In this document: piece by piece, positions 8,109 through 18,142 of the stretch
Layout: each line of letters begins with the position of its first letter
Numbering within the stretch: the first letter of the stretch is position 1
Source: a virus
Length of the DNA: 40,181 bases
Virus record (IMG/VR): IMGVR_UViG_3300020036_002545
Strand: one strand, 5' to 3'
Translations under genes and position numbers: made by a program
Notes under the pieces: generated by a model
Told to the model about the DNA's origin: nothing
The model's input: only the letters and a program-made list of their open reading frames with translations
Database searches by the model: none

Positions 8109-8481
8109 CGACTACTACCTACTCAAACGAGTGCAAGAAGAACAAGGTGCTGTTTCATTTGCTAGTGTGCAGGATAGCTTTACTTATAAGGGTGAAGTCA
8201 TCGCATGTCCACCAAGTGAATTAAAATATAAATTAATAAGCGAATGTTGTAACGCTGATATAAAACATGCAACAGGAGTTTCCGATATAACTGGTAATTA
8301 CACTTATGAAAGTTTTTGCCTATCTTGTTGTGGTAAAAATCCTAAGGTATTACAAGGTAATTATAATCCTAAGATTGGCGATACAGTCCTATTCCTAAAA
8401 GGCTCTGGTGAAGACGTAACAATAAACGGCGAACAGATGAAAGCAGTGAAATTGGAAGATATAATAATGAAAATCGACTAA
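8101..8481 (+). CDS. GroES/Cpn10-like co-chaperonin with Cys-rich insertion
   Basis: Hand alignment to GroES:
- LLKRV ~ VIVKR
- YKGEVIA ~ TRGEVLA
- KIGDTVLFLKGSGEDVTINGEQMKAVKLEDIIMKI ~ [36 protein letters not shown]
An insert of about 45 aa (CC...H...C..CC) sits at the roof-hairpin position. Confidence 0.55.
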   Translation: MYNDYYLLKRVQEEQGAVSFASVQDSFTYKGEVIACPPSELKYKLISECCNADIKHATGVSDITGNYTYESFCLSCCGKNPKVLQGNYNPKIGDTVLFLKGSGEDVTINGEQMKAVKLEDIIMKID

Positions 8482-8699
8482 TGAAAACTATCGGACATAT
8501 CGTAAAGTTAGACCCTACTAAGAAATATCTAATGCTTCTAGATATTAAAGAGATGAGAAAAGACGACATGAGAGAACTCGCAAACCTTATTAACTACATG
8601 AAAGACGGCGAACTCGTCACGGTTGCTCTAAATGATTTTGGAAGTGTTAAATTTGTCGAACTTAATGGTGAAATAGAAATAGGGTACGAAAAAATATAA
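8481..8699 (+). CDS. Hypothetical protein between the co-chaperonin and the chaperonin
   Basis: 72-aa ORF; TAATG overlaps on both sides. Confidence 0.5.
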   Translation: MKTIGHIVKLDPTKKYLMLLDIKEMRKDDMRELANLINYMKDGELVTVALNDFGSVKFVELNGEIEIGYEKI

Positions 8700-10252
8700 T
8701 GAAAAAGATACTTTTTGGTAACAACGGCAGTAAGCGTATTCTAAAAGGCATAAACATCACAACGGACGCAGTAGCCCCTACGCTCGGTGTAGTTGGAAAG
8801 CGTGCAATTCTCGACGCTGGACATCTTGACCCTATCTTTGCAGACGATGGCGCAAAGATACTCAACATGATTGACATCGAAGACCGTTGGGAACAGATGG
8901 GCAACCGTCTCATGCGTAAGATTGTCAACAAGATGCACCACAAGGCTGGCTCTGGTCGTACAACATCTGCCGTCCTTGCTCGTGCATTCGCTAATGAGGC
9001 ATATAAGGCTATAAAAAGAGGCACAGACCAGCGTGAAGTTGTAGAACGCCTAGAGAATGGATTGAAGAAGACCATCGAAATCCTCTCTACAATGAAGCGT
9101 GAAGTAAAAGACGAGGACGTTAAACGCCTTGCTCTCACTGAATCACTCGATGAAGACGTTGCAAACATAATCGCTAAGGCAGTAAAAGAACTCGGTAAAA
9201 ACGGGGTTATTTCTGTTGAAGAAAGCAACAAGGTAGAGCTTACGCTTGAAACCGTAAAGGGTATGCGTATCAAGAAAGGGCTTATCTCAGAGCATTTCGT
9301 CAATGACCCAGAGAAGAACCGTTGTGTATTGCAGAACCCGTATATCCTTATAGCCGACCGCCGTATCGCAACGAACTTTCAGATAAAGAACATTCTCGAA
9401 GCTATGGTTGCACAGGGTAGAACTGACTTGCTCGTCGTTGCTATGGACATAGAGGGAGAAGCTCTTGCATCGCTCATAATCAACCATCAGCGCAGAGCTA
9501 TGAATATAGCTTGCGTCCAAGCTCCGTACAAAGGACAGGCTCAGAGAGATTTCCTTGTTGACCTAGCTACTCTCACAGGTGGAACTGTTGTTAGTGAAGA
9601 AGCTGGAATGTTCCTCGATAAAGTAGGACTAGAAGTTCTTGGACAGGCTAACCAAATCACTGTAACCAAGGATGAGACGATTGTCTCTGGTGGCAAGGCT
9701 GATGAACAGGCTCTAAAAGACCGTATAATCGTCGTAGAGCAGTTTATTGAGCAGACTGCGGAGTATGACCGTAAAGTCGCACAAGAACGCTTGGCAGGGC
9801 TTACAAGCGGCGTAGGAGTCATTAGAGTTGGTGCGTTCACTGTAGACGAACTCCGTTTGAAGCGTGACAAGATTGAGGACGCTGTAAATTCGACTATGTT
9901 GTCCCTTGATGAGGGTATAGTAGCTGGTGGTGGAAGCTCACTTGTCCGTGTTGCAGGAATGATTGAAGACCCTATGTTTAAGCGTGCGCTTCTTGCACCG
10001 TTCAAGCAGATGGAAAAGAACGCAGGAATGAATCAAGGCTTTTGGAAGAAGAACACAGTCAAACAGATACAGGACAATAAGGATATAGGCTATGACTTTA
10101 AGTCTAAAAAGATAGTCAATATGTTCCGAGCAGGTATCATTGACCCTTACAAGGTAGAGCGTATAGCACTTGAAACAGCTATCTCTATCGCGTCTATCTT
10201 TGCTTCCCTCGATGTGTTCTGTGCGGAGTTCCCTGAAAAACAAGATAACTAA
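8699..10252 (+). CDS. groEL: GroEL-like group I chaperonin (Cpn60)
   Basis: Matches to GroEL:
- KILFGNNGSKRILKGINITTDAVAPTLGVVGKRAIL ~ [36 protein letters not shown]
- AGSGRTTSAVLA ~ AGDGTTTATVLA
- EGIVAGGG motif present
517 aa. Confidence 0.85.
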   Translation: MKKILFGNNGSKRILKGINITTDAVAPTLGVVGKRAILDAGHLDPIFADDGAKILNMIDIEDRWEQMGNRLMRKIVNKMHHKAGSGRTTSAVLARAFANEAYKAIKRGTDQREVVERLENGLKKTIEILSTMKREVKDEDVKRLALTESLDEDVANIIAKAVKELGKNGVISVEESNKVELTLETVKGMRIKKGLISEHFVNDPEKNRCVLQNPYILIADRRIATNFQIKNILEAMVAQGRTDLLVVAMDIEGEALASLIINHQRRAMNIACVQAPYKGQAQRDFLVDLATLTGGTVVSEEAGMFLDKVGLEVLGQANQITVTKDETIVSGGKADEQALKDRIIVVEQFIEQTAEYDRKVAQERLAGLTSGVGVIRVGAFTVDELRLKRDKIEDAVNSTMLSLDEGIVAGGGSSLVRVAGMIEDPMFKRALLAPFKQMEKNAGMNQGFWKKNTVKQIQDNKDIGYDFKSKKIVNMFRAGIIDPYKVERIALETAISIASIFASLDVFCAEFPEKQDN

Positions 10253-11847
10253 TGCAATCCGCACCAGATGTAAAAGAATACTCAATACTTCACTGGCTAT
10301 TTCACAACGGAATTACTAGTGAGAAAGGTGAACCATTGGACTTTAAAGACCATGCATTTCTTCTCGATATTCTTACAGACTGGTCTAAAAACATTGCAGT
10401 AAAGGCGTGCGCTCAGGTGGGTAAATCGGTTACGTTCAACTACAAAGCTCTCTTTGCCTGTGATAAGTTTCGCTGGAACATCATCTACACGATGCCGACT
10501 GACGAATCAGTCCGAGAGTTCGTAGGAACAAAGACAAACCGAATACTAGGAGCGAATCCACAGGCTTTCAAGGGTATACAAACGGACAACATCGAGCGAA
10601 AGGACATTAACGGACGAACTATCTTCTTTAAAGGAACTGAATCAAAGTCCGGTCCTATCTCGACTACTGCTGACTTGCTTATCCATGACGAGGCGAGCCG
10701 TTCCAACCAGGAGGCTTTGAACACCTACAAGTCTCGTACAAAGGACAGTAACTATAAAGGACGTTGGTTGTTCTCAAACCCTACGACAGAGCGTGATGTC
10801 CTTGACCTTGAATGGCAGAAATCTGACATGAAAGAGTGGCATATTACTTGTCCTCATTGTTCAGACGAACACTACCTAAACTTCCCAGATAGTATTGACA
10901 AAGAGCGCAGATGTTACATATGCAAGAACTGTAAAGAGCCTATAAGCGACGATGTTAGACGCAGAGGTAGATGGATTGACCGCGATGGTGTTGTGTGGAG
11001 AGGAGAGCTTAATCCTCGATACAAAGTCTCTGGCTGGCATCTATCCCACCTTATTGCCACAAAGATTACCGTTGACGAAGTATTAGAGGATAGCGAGGGT
11101 GACCAAGAATACTTCAACAACTTCGTACTTGGAGAGCCATATAACCCAGGAGACCTGACAGTATCGCGCACAACAATCCTCGACCTGTGGACACCTAAAG
11201 ACCTTGTTACTGGCAACTACTTCCTTGGTGTAGACGTAGGAAACATAAAGCACTACGTCCTCGGTAGCGAACACGGTATCATCAAGGTAGGTAAATTCAC
11301 TGAATGGCAAGTACTCGATGACATGATGAAGTTCTACAAGCCAAAGCTAGTCATTGACGCGCTCCCAGATAGCACAATGTCCAAGTACTTTGTAAAGACC
11401 TACCGAAACGCGCTGATGTGGTATCCGATGGAGAACGCCAATAATCCACAGCTCGTAGTCTGGTATGGAGAGAACGAAAAGAAAGGCATCATCTACAGCC
11501 ACAGAGACCGCAGTATTGACATGATGATTGACGATATGGTGCAAGCTAAGTTCCTCGTTGGTGTACCGAGTAATAAAGAGTTCGTTGAATACATCAAACA
11601 CTTCGAGACTTTGCGCCGAGTGAAGGACACAAATGCCAAAGGTATAGAGCGATACATCTGGGAGAGTACGACAAATGTTGACCACTATTGTTTTGCTACA
11701 TTGTATTATCGTCTGGCAGTAGGAAGTGCATCGAACGGAGCTTTCTTACCAGAGACACCAAAGCCGTATCAGATAATCTCTGACAACAACAAGGTTGGTG
11801 AATGGTCGAAATACTTCGATAATCTAAAATACTCAAAAGATGAATAA
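10252..11847 (+). CDS. terL: Terminase large subunit (GpA-like)
   Basis: Walker A-like KACAQVGKS, Walker B LLIHDEAS, and zinc ribbon CPHCSDEH...CKNCKEP as in lambda gpA-type terminases; 531 aa. Confidence 0.8.
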   Translation: MQSAPDVKEYSILHWLFHNGITSEKGEPLDFKDHAFLLDILTDWSKNIAVKACAQVGKSVTFNYKALFACDKFRWNIIYTMPTDESVREFVGTKTNRILGANPQAFKGIQTDNIERKDINGRTIFFKGTESKSGPISTTADLLIHDEASRSNQEALNTYKSRTKDSNYKGRWLFSNPTTERDVLDLEWQKSDMKEWHITCPHCSDEHYLNFPDSIDKERRCYICKNCKEPISDDVRRRGRWIDRDGVVWRGELNPRYKVSGWHLSHLIATKITVDEVLEDSEGDQEYFNNFVLGEPYNPGDLTVSRTTILDLWTPKDLVTGNYFLGVDVGNIKHYVLGSEHGIIKVGKFTEWQVLDDMMKFYKPKLVIDALPDSTMSKYFVKTYRNALMWYPMENANNPQLVVWYGENEKKGIIYSHRDRSIDMMIDDMVQAKFLVGVPSNKEFVEYIKHFETLRRVKDTNAKGIERYIWESTTNVDHYCFATLYYRLAVGSASNGAFLPETPKPYQIISDNNKVGEWSKYFDNLKYSKDE

Positions 11848-12070
11848 TGTAACTGTTATACTCACGCCAACAACAGCAGAGAAATACAAGTTATTTCTTG
11901 AGCATTACGACACGTTTTGTTTTTTGTTAGATAGAAAGGTATTTGACCAGAAAGCCGCAGGAATAACGATAAACTTCGACGCTACTGGTAGAATAGGAAG
12001 CATAACGAGGAATGATGTGTTGTATCTTTCGACAAAGAAGTTCGACAACATGAACCAGAAAGTAGACTAG
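11840..12070 (+). CDS. Hypothetical protein
   Basis: 76-aa ORF overlapping the TerL stop. Confidence 0.5.
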   Translation: MNNVTVILTPTTAEKYKLFLEHYDTFCFLLDRKVFDQKAAGITINFDATGRIGSITRNDVLYLSTKKFDNMNQKVD

Positions 12071-12141
12071 TTGTGCTTTTTGTGAAGTATTGTGGTATAA
12101 TTTTAGTAATTAAATAGATTAAGCTCAAACTTATAAAAACA

Positions 12142-12179
12142 AGAGAGCAATGTCACTTCGGTGGCGTTGCTCTCTTTTG
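12142..12179 (+). terminator. Long hairpin with UUCG tetraloop, short T-tract (terminator or RNA-processing/stability element)
   Basis: agagagcaatgtcac-TTCG-gtggcgttgctctct is about 15 bp including G-U pairs, followed by TTTG. It lies 5 nt upstream of the portal ATG. Confidence 0.55.
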
Positions 12180-12183
12180 CATT

Positions 12184-14202
12184 ATGGCAAAATTTTCAGT
12201 AGCAAAACTTAGTGATAGCGATAAAGCAAAACTCATAGAGACACGCTGGGCTTCTTCCGACAATCTCTGGCAGACAATCAAGAAAACTACCGAGATAAAC
12301 ACAAAGGCATACGAAAATAAAAGTCCTTGGATTGACCAGATACCAGCTACTATCGCAAAAATACAAGCAAACCGTATTTTCCCTAACATGGAGGCGGTTA
12401 TTAACTCCGTTATTGCAAATCCTCCTGGTATTAACTTCATTCCAGGCCGTGATAGTGAAGAAAGCGAAAGTCTTGCACGAAAACTCGAAGGATTTTACAA
12501 AAAGAAGTTCCTAGAGCGCAACGTAAAAGAAACAATGCGTATGGGTCTTCGTAAGCTCTACTTCTCTCGCCTTATAGTCCTAAAACCTTTTTGGAACGCT
12601 AAGATAAACGACTGGGATGTTAAATCTCTTGACCCAAACAACGTCCGTTTTGGTAAATATGCCAAAAATGAACAGGAATCAGAGTTCGCTATCGAGGAAG
12701 TAAAAGACAATCTTTGCGCTCTTTTGCAACGCTTTCCTGAAAAGGAGAAACAGATACTCGAAAAGAGTGGGTTTACAGAAGAAACTGCTGACCAAGCGTA
12801 CATAATGAACCCTGAAGTCAAGTACAAAGAGGCTTGGATAGGTGATTACGTCATTTTCAAGTACGACAACATCATTCTCGGTACAATGCGTAACCCTTAT
12901 TGGGATTGGGACGGTATCTTGCTCTCAGACGAAGAAGAACAGCAAATAAACGCAACATATGGGGACACACGCCGTCAGATATTCACACAGGCTAAACTTG
13001 ACCAAGATGTACGCCAGCCTAGCCCAGAAGTAGAGACAAATGCTCCACAGGCAGTAGAGGGCGAAATACCTGCTAACGAGGGTCACAGCGAAGCACAGAG
13101 CTTTAAATCGTACTATTTCAACTACTTTGACCAGCCACGCAAGCCATACATCTTTGCAACTATCCTAAACGACGAGAATCAGCCTATAGGACGTACAGAC
13201 TTCATCACTCTATCGCTTCCGCTTCAGATGGCTATTGACCGCCGTAAGCAGGACATCGGACAGAACTGTGAGCTTGTAAACGGTGTCATAAAGGTAGATA
13301 GCGAAGTAATGGGCAAATCAGACGCACAGTCTCTCGCATATGAAGCTAAAGGCATTATCTGGGGTAAGGGAGTTGTCGCAGGTGTGCAACGTGAAACAGG
13401 TACACCACTTCCTCCTATGGTCATGGAAGATATGTTGGATTCTCGCTCTGAGATTGACAACATCATGGCAGCATCGTCCGCTTTCCGTGGAGAACGTGAA
13501 GGACAGGAAACAAAGGCAGGTCGTCTTGCTCTCATTCAACAGTCATTCCTACGCTTAAACGAGCTTGTGCAGTGCGTAGACTATGTATATGGAGAACTTG
13601 TCGGATGGGCTTACCAACTCTCAAAGACTCGTTACACTGAGTATCACTACGCTAAATGGATTGGTAAAGAATCAGCAACAGAAGTTATTGACCTTATCCA
13701 AGACGATTTCGAGACAGGTTCAGAAGTACAGGTTATCCCAGGCAAAACACTTCCAGTAGATAGCGAGTTCCGCTTTGAACGCGCACAGGAAGATGTCAAA
13801 TCAGGCATTCTCGCTCCACAGGATTACATGGAAGAAGCTGGATATAACAATCCTAAAGACCTTGCTATGAACGCAGTTAAATACAAGCTAAACCCTGCGG
13901 TTGCAGTTGGTATCACACCAGAGGAAATGCAACAGCTTGCACCTCCTGCACAGAAAGAGGAAAAGCCACCGAGTGTATCTATCTCTTACGCAGACCTTCC
14001 GATAGACGCACAAGTACAGCTTCTCGCACAGATAGGCATACAGGCTGACCCAGAAATAATCGTAGCCGAGAAAGTCGCAGAACGTGAACAAGGTAAGAAA
14101 GATATGGCACTCAAAGAAGACAATCACATACACAGTCAAATGATGAGTGAACGTAGCCAAGCGATGGCAGAAAAGCAGCCTGAAAAAGTAAAAAAAGAAT
14201 AA
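12184..14202 (+). CDS. Portal protein
   Basis: 672 aa; next large gene after TerL and upstream of scaffold and MCP. The K/E-rich C-terminal tail is typical of portals. Confidence 0.7.
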   Translation: MAKFSVAKLSDSDKAKLIETRWASSDNLWQTIKKTTEINTKAYENKSPWIDQIPATIAKIQANRIFPNMEAVINSVIANPPGINFIPGRDSEESESLARKLEGFYKKKFLERNVKETMRMGLRKLYFSRLIVLKPFWNAKINDWDVKSLDPNNVRFGKYAKNEQESEFAIEEVKDNLCALLQRFPEKEKQILEKSGFTEETADQAYIMNPEVKYKEAWIGDYVIFKYDNIILGTMRNPYWDWDGILLSDEEEQQINATYGDTRRQIFTQAKLDQDVRQPSPEVETNAPQAVEGEIPANEGHSEAQSFKSYYFNYFDQPRKPYIFATILNDENQPIGRTDFITLSLPLQMAIDRRKQDIGQNCELVNGVIKVDSEVMGKSDAQSLAYEAKGIIWGKGVVAGVQRETGTPLPPMVMEDMLDSRSEIDNIMAASSAFRGEREGQETKAGRLALIQQSFLRLNELVQCVDYVYGELVGWAYQLSKTRYTEYHYAKWIGKESATEVIDLIQDDFETGSEVQVIPGKTLPVDSEFRFERAQEDVKSGILAPQDYMEEAGYNNPKDLAMNAVKYKLNPAVAVGITPEEMQQLAPPAQKEEKPPSVSISYADLPIDAQVQLLAQIGIQADPEIIVAEKVAEREQGKKDMALKEDNHIHSQMMSERSQAMAEKQPEKVKKE

Positions 14203-14314
14203 TCACATGGGGGGAGCGCATCCACGAACGCTCAAACATTAAAATAATCCGACCAAGCCTAGACTAAGCAGTCTTAATAGACCAAGCAAACATCGAAGCA
14301 GTCGCAAAATCAAA

Positions 14315-15025
14315 ATGGGTTATGAAGCAGAAGTAGTGAGTACCGATACTGGTACGCCAGTAGAGGAAACAGTTGTTACACCAACTGAGGAAGTTGAAAC
14401 AGAAGCAGTTGCAGAAGTAGAAACAACCGAGACGGAGTCAACTCCGAGCGAGGATAACTTAGTGGAACTACCAGATGGTAGAAAGTTACCTCCAAAAGAA
14501 GCGGAAGCAGAGTATCGAAATCTCTATTCTGAATTCACTCGCAAATCCCAAGAACTTGCAACATTCAAGAAAGGGACTAGCGAACCAACTATTAACAAAC
14601 ATGCGGAGAAAGAAGAATGGATTCCACAGACTTGGGAAGAAGTTTTAGAGCGTTCAAAGCAAGCCCTCAGAGAGGATATGCTAAACGAACAGAAAGCTGA
14701 ACAGGAGCGACTAACTCAAAATGAGCAAATCGTTACATCACAGCTTACTGAACTCAAAAAGGAAAACCCAAAACTAGACGAAAATCAGCTTTTCAATCAC
14801 GCACTCAAATACGGTTTTCAAGACCTTAAAGTCGCATACTCTAACATGAAAGATATGCAGTCTACTGTTAAGAAAGCTACCGAACTAGTGACTAAAAATC
14901 TTCAGAAAAGAAGTGCAGAGCCAATTAGCGGAGCTTCACAGGGAGGCGACACATTCGATGGAGACGTATACGACCCAAGTGCTAGAAACATGAGTGCAGT
15001 TGACTACCTCCGTAGTCTTAAATAA
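14315..15025 (+). CDS. Scaffolding protein
   Basis: 236 aa; very acidic T/E/V-rich N-terminus then helical E/K/Q-rich body; sits between portal and MCP. Confidence 0.55.
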   Translation: MGYEAEVVSTDTGTPVEETVVTPTEEVETEAVAEVETTETESTPSEDNLVELPDGRKLPPKEAEAEYRNLYSEFTRKSQELATFKKGTSEPTINKHAEKEEWIPQTWEEVLERSKQALREDMLNEQKAEQERLTQNEQIVTSQLTELKKENPKLDENQLFNHALKYGFQDLKVAYSNMKDMQSTVKKATELVTKNLQKRSAEPISGASQGGDTFDGDVYDPSARNMSAVDYLRSLK

Positions 15026-15033
15026 CAACTAAT

Positions 15034-16095
15034 ATGCAGTTTTCACCAGCAGTCACAACAGTAACCCGTAAGCTCATCCCTAAAAAGATTTTCGATACGG
15101 TAACACTTGGTACGCCAGGTCTTATGACTTTCATGCGTACGTCTAAGGATTGGAACACAGGTACATCATATGCTCCTGTAATTCAGTACCAGGACACAAC
15201 AAACGGAGGCAACACAGGTATCGCTAACCAGCTCGATTCAGACCGTCAGAACACTCGTGTTTCTATGGACTTCGAGGTAAAGATGGCTTACAAGCCTGTA
15301 GTAGTAGCAGACATCGAAGTTACGCTCAACAAGGGCGATGAACAGATTGTTCAGCTCCTTGAAGCAGAATTTGATACACAGGGTAAGTCGCTCTTGAACC
15401 TCATGGCGAACAACCTTTATCAGGGAACTGGTACAGGCAACTCATGGGACTCACTTGCTAACGCAGCAGCGGACAGCACTGTCTACGCAACGTACGGCTC
15501 ACTCTCACGCTCTACATACACATCTATCAACGGTTACTACCTCGCATCTACAGGAGCTATTACGCTCGCTAAGATGGCTACAGGTTTCGACGCAGTTACA
15601 GTAGGTATGGATGAGCCGACAGTTATGCTCACAACAAAGTCAATCTGGTCTTCATACGAAGCTCTCTTGACTCCTACACTCCGTGCTTCATTCCAGACAT
15701 TCGCAGCACCTAACTACGACCAGTACGGTATGCTCATGGACTCAAAGTCTAACGCTTTCGGTACTCAGGGATTCCGCGCTATCACATACCGTGGTGTTCC
15801 AGTAGTAAAGGACGAGCAGGTTCCATCAGGTAAGTTTATCTTCGCTAACCAGACTGCTTTCGGAATGAAAGGAGTAAACATAACTGGTCAGGACTACGAT
15901 ACTCTTAACTTTAAGAAGCTCTCGAACTCTGTGCCAACAGGTGTCCCAGGTAACGTGCCATCAGCAAAGGGATTCAACTTCCGTGTTATGAAGGCTCCAG
16001 TAGACCAGCTCTCACAGGTAGGATACTTGCTCTTTGCAGGTAACTTCTGTTCAGAGAACCCACGTCTCCTTGGAACAATGAGTGGAACAACCTAG
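15034..16095 (+). CDS. Major capsid protein
   Basis: 353 aa; follows the scaffold; composition and size fit an HK97-fold MCP; a triple-hairpin block follows downstream. Confidence 0.65.
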   Translation: MQFSPAVTTVTRKLIPKKIFDTVTLGTPGLMTFMRTSKDWNTGTSYAPVIQYQDTTNGGNTGIANQLDSDRQNTRVSMDFEVKMAYKPVVVADIEVTLNKGDEQIVQLLEAEFDTQGKSLLNLMANNLYQGTGTGNSWDSLANAAADSTVYATYGSLSRSTYTSINGYYLASTGAITLAKMATGFDAVTVGMDEPTVMLTTKSIWSSYEALLTPTLRASFQTFAAPNYDQYGMLMDSKSNAFGTQGFRAITYRGVPVVKDEQVPSGKFIFANQTAFGMKGVNITGQDYDTLNFKKLSNSVPTGVPGNVPSAKGFNFRVMKAPVDQLSQVGYLLFAGNFCSENPRLLGTMSGTT

Positions 16096-16158
16096 TTATT
16101 ACTAAAATATATTTGCCTTTGACCACACTAGATGTGAGAGGGTAACTAAAATAAATAT

Positions 16159-16704
16159 ATGGCACAGAACATTGAAGACGCAGTCCCAGTAGTAAAGTAT
16201 AACGGTTTTAATAGTGCGAAAGACGGTACTCTCTCTGGTAACTTGGACTTCAGTGGAACTAACACGCACTCTGGTGCAGAAAGTTTCACTGGTGCAGTTA
16301 CGATTACAGGTAAAGTAACCGCTAGTACAGAAGTTGTAACTGCAACAAACGTCATTACAGCAGATGAGTCTGGAAAGACTTTCTATCTGAGCGCTGCCGC
16401 AGGATTTGTATCAACACTTCCTACAGCAGAAGCCGGTCTGTTCTTTACATTTATAGTAAAGACAGCACCTACATCTAACGGATACACAATCACTGGAACA
16501 CCTGCTGATAAAATCCAAGGAACTGTAGCGTGTAGCGGTGCAGCAGATACCATCAACGGTGTCACAGCTTCCGACGCAGACAATGTAATCCTCGTTGCTA
16601 ACCAGGCACTAGTAGGAGACATGGTTACATTCAATAGCGACGGTACAAACTGGTATGTAAACGGTAACGTAAATACATACGCAGCTATCACAGCTAACGG
16701 TTAG
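16159..16704 (+). CDS. Virion structural protein (head-associated, function unknown)
   Basis: 181 aa; T/G/A/V-rich beta-type composition; immediately after the MCP. Confidence 0.45.
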   Translation: MAQNIEDAVPVVKYNGFNSAKDGTLSGNLDFSGTNTHSGAESFTGAVTITGKVTASTEVVTATNVITADESGKTFYLSAAAGFVSTLPTAEAGLFFTFIVKTAPTSNGYTITGTPADKIQGTVACSGAADTINGVTASDADNVILVANQALVGDMVTFNSDGTNWYVNGNVNTYAAITANG

Positions 16705-16785
16705 TAACTTGGTTATCGCACCATAAAAGCGAATTAACAATAAAGGCAAGAATGCCTAGAGGATAACCCTCACAATCGTTACGAA

Positions 16786-17517
16786 GTGTCCATAGTGACT
16801 ATAAGTAATAGATTAAAAAACGTGGTCAGAATTTCATTTCAAGACGTAAAACAGCCAACTACATCACAGGGACAGATGGGTCTTGGTACAGTCGCACAGA
16901 CTCCAGACGGAGCAACATGGACATACATCAAGGCAGCAGAAGCTCTTAGTGCATATAACGTAGTTGTGCCAGACACAGAGGTTCAGGTTGAAACTGTTAG
17001 CTCATCTGCTAACAACCTCGGACAGATTGTGTACATCACTGAGTCAGGCGCAAGCTGGACAGTAGGTCAGTACGCAGGTTGTTACGGTATCGTAGATGAC
17101 GGTACTGGAGTAGGACAGGTCTTCAAGGTACAGGACAACACTGTTGATACTTTGATACTCTTCCCAGCGTACGCGCTCACTACAGCACTCGCAGTAGCAT
17201 CTTCTGACATCACTCTTACATTCCCTAACGTCGTTGATAAGTCTGCTATCACTAGCAAGGCACAACAGGCTTCAGGTATAACACAGGTAGCATTTGCTTC
17301 TGGTGAATACGGTTGGGTTATGAAGACAGGTACAGGAGGCGTAAAGGCAGGTGAAGTACTCACAGTATCGCTTTCATACGTCACAGGTGACGACACTGAA
17401 GGTCAGGTATTGAAGGGTACTACAGCAAAGGGTGAGTTCGACGAACAGTCTCTCGGTTATGTCCGCGTAGCAAACGCAGGAGCAGACCAGACAACTCTCG
17501 TTTACGTTAACCTTTAA
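16786..17517 (+). CDS. Head decoration-like protein (internally duplicated)
   Basis: GTG start in the ORF track; alternative ATG at 16876. Two similar halves with G..GIV.D..G.GQV.KV and G..GWVMKTGTGGVKAGEV patterns, as in small capsid decoration proteins. Confidence 0.45.
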   Translation: MSIVTISNRLKNVVRISFQDVKQPTTSQGQMGLGTVAQTPDGATWTYIKAAEALSAYNVVVPDTEVQVETVSSSANNLGQIVYITESGASWTVGQYAGCYGIVDDGTGVGQVFKVQDNTVDTLILFPAYALTTALAVASSDITLTFPNVVDKSAITSKAQQASGITQVAFASGEYGWVMKTGTGGVKAGEVLTVSLSYVTGDDTEGQVLKGTTAKGEFDEQSLGYVRVANAGADQTTLVYVNL

Positions 17518-17522
17518 TGGTT

Positions 17523-17586
17523 GGCTTTGCCTCTTTACGGGGGCAAGCCCCAGTCATTAACTGGCAAGGGAAAAACGAAGCCCTTG
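17523..17586 (+). other. Three consecutive GC-rich hairpins after the capsid genes
   Basis: The hairpins are ggctttgcc/ggcaagcc, ccagt/actgg and caaggg/cccttg. No strong T-tract, so this is a likely mRNA stabiliser or weak terminator. Confidence 0.5.
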
Positions 17587-17608
17587 ATTAACAAATAGTT
17601 ATTTAATT

Positions 17609-18136
17609 ATGGATAACAATATAAATGATTTCAAAGTTGTTACGTTGAAAAACATTTCATCTTTTGACTTCACACCAGCCTTTGGCGCGATGTTCAATAG
17701 TCGCCCTATCTTCGGAAAGGCAAAAGCAGGATGTATCGCAGTTGGGGAAGAACTCATATTCCCGTATCACGTTGGGCATAGACTTGCCATTAACTTGGCT
17801 AAAAAGATGCTTATTGAAAAGGACGCTGCTCCAAAATATGGAGAGGGCGACCCTGCAAGAAGCTCAGCACTGTTTGGAGACGAGCAGATAAACACTCTCG
17901 TCGGTCAGATTCTTATAAGTGAGTACCAGGAGGAAAAGCCAATTCAGGAGACTGAAACGGATATGCTCATGCGAAAGTTTGAGGAACTGAATAGACAGGT
18001 AGAAGCTATGAAAGGTGAAAAGATTTCACCTGAAGGCTTCAAAGACAAGCAAGAGGTCATTGCTGAACTTGAGAAACGAGGAATAGTCCACGACAAGCGC
18101 AAGAACAAAAGTGAATTAGAAAAACTTCTCGCCTAA
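17609..18136 (+). CDS. Hypothetical protein with C-terminal HeH/SAP-like motif
   Basis: KQEVIAELEKRGIVHDKRKNKSELEKLL resembles the helix-extension-helix motif common in phage proteins. Confidence 0.5.
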   Translation: MDNNINDFKVVTLKNISSFDFTPAFGAMFNSRPIFGKAKAGCIAVGEELIFPYHVGHRLAINLAKKMLIEKDAAPKYGEGDPARSSALFGDEQINTLVGQILISEYQEEKPIQETETDMLMRKFEELNRQVEAMKGEKISPEGFKDKQEVIAELEKRGIVHDKRKNKSELEKLLA

Positions 18137-18142
18137 AAGCGA

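Noticed and set aside
8662-10285. Long minus-strand ORFs opposite the chaperonin gene (8662..9303, 9541..10005, 9938..10285), and similar ones opposite the fibre genes (19713..20459, 20553..20936, 20973..21377, 29824..30199)
   Set aside because: - They fully overlap strongly supported + strand genes.
- They have Ser/Arg/Cys-rich shadow-frame composition.
- They lack any operon context.
- All convincing genes in the genome are on the + strand.
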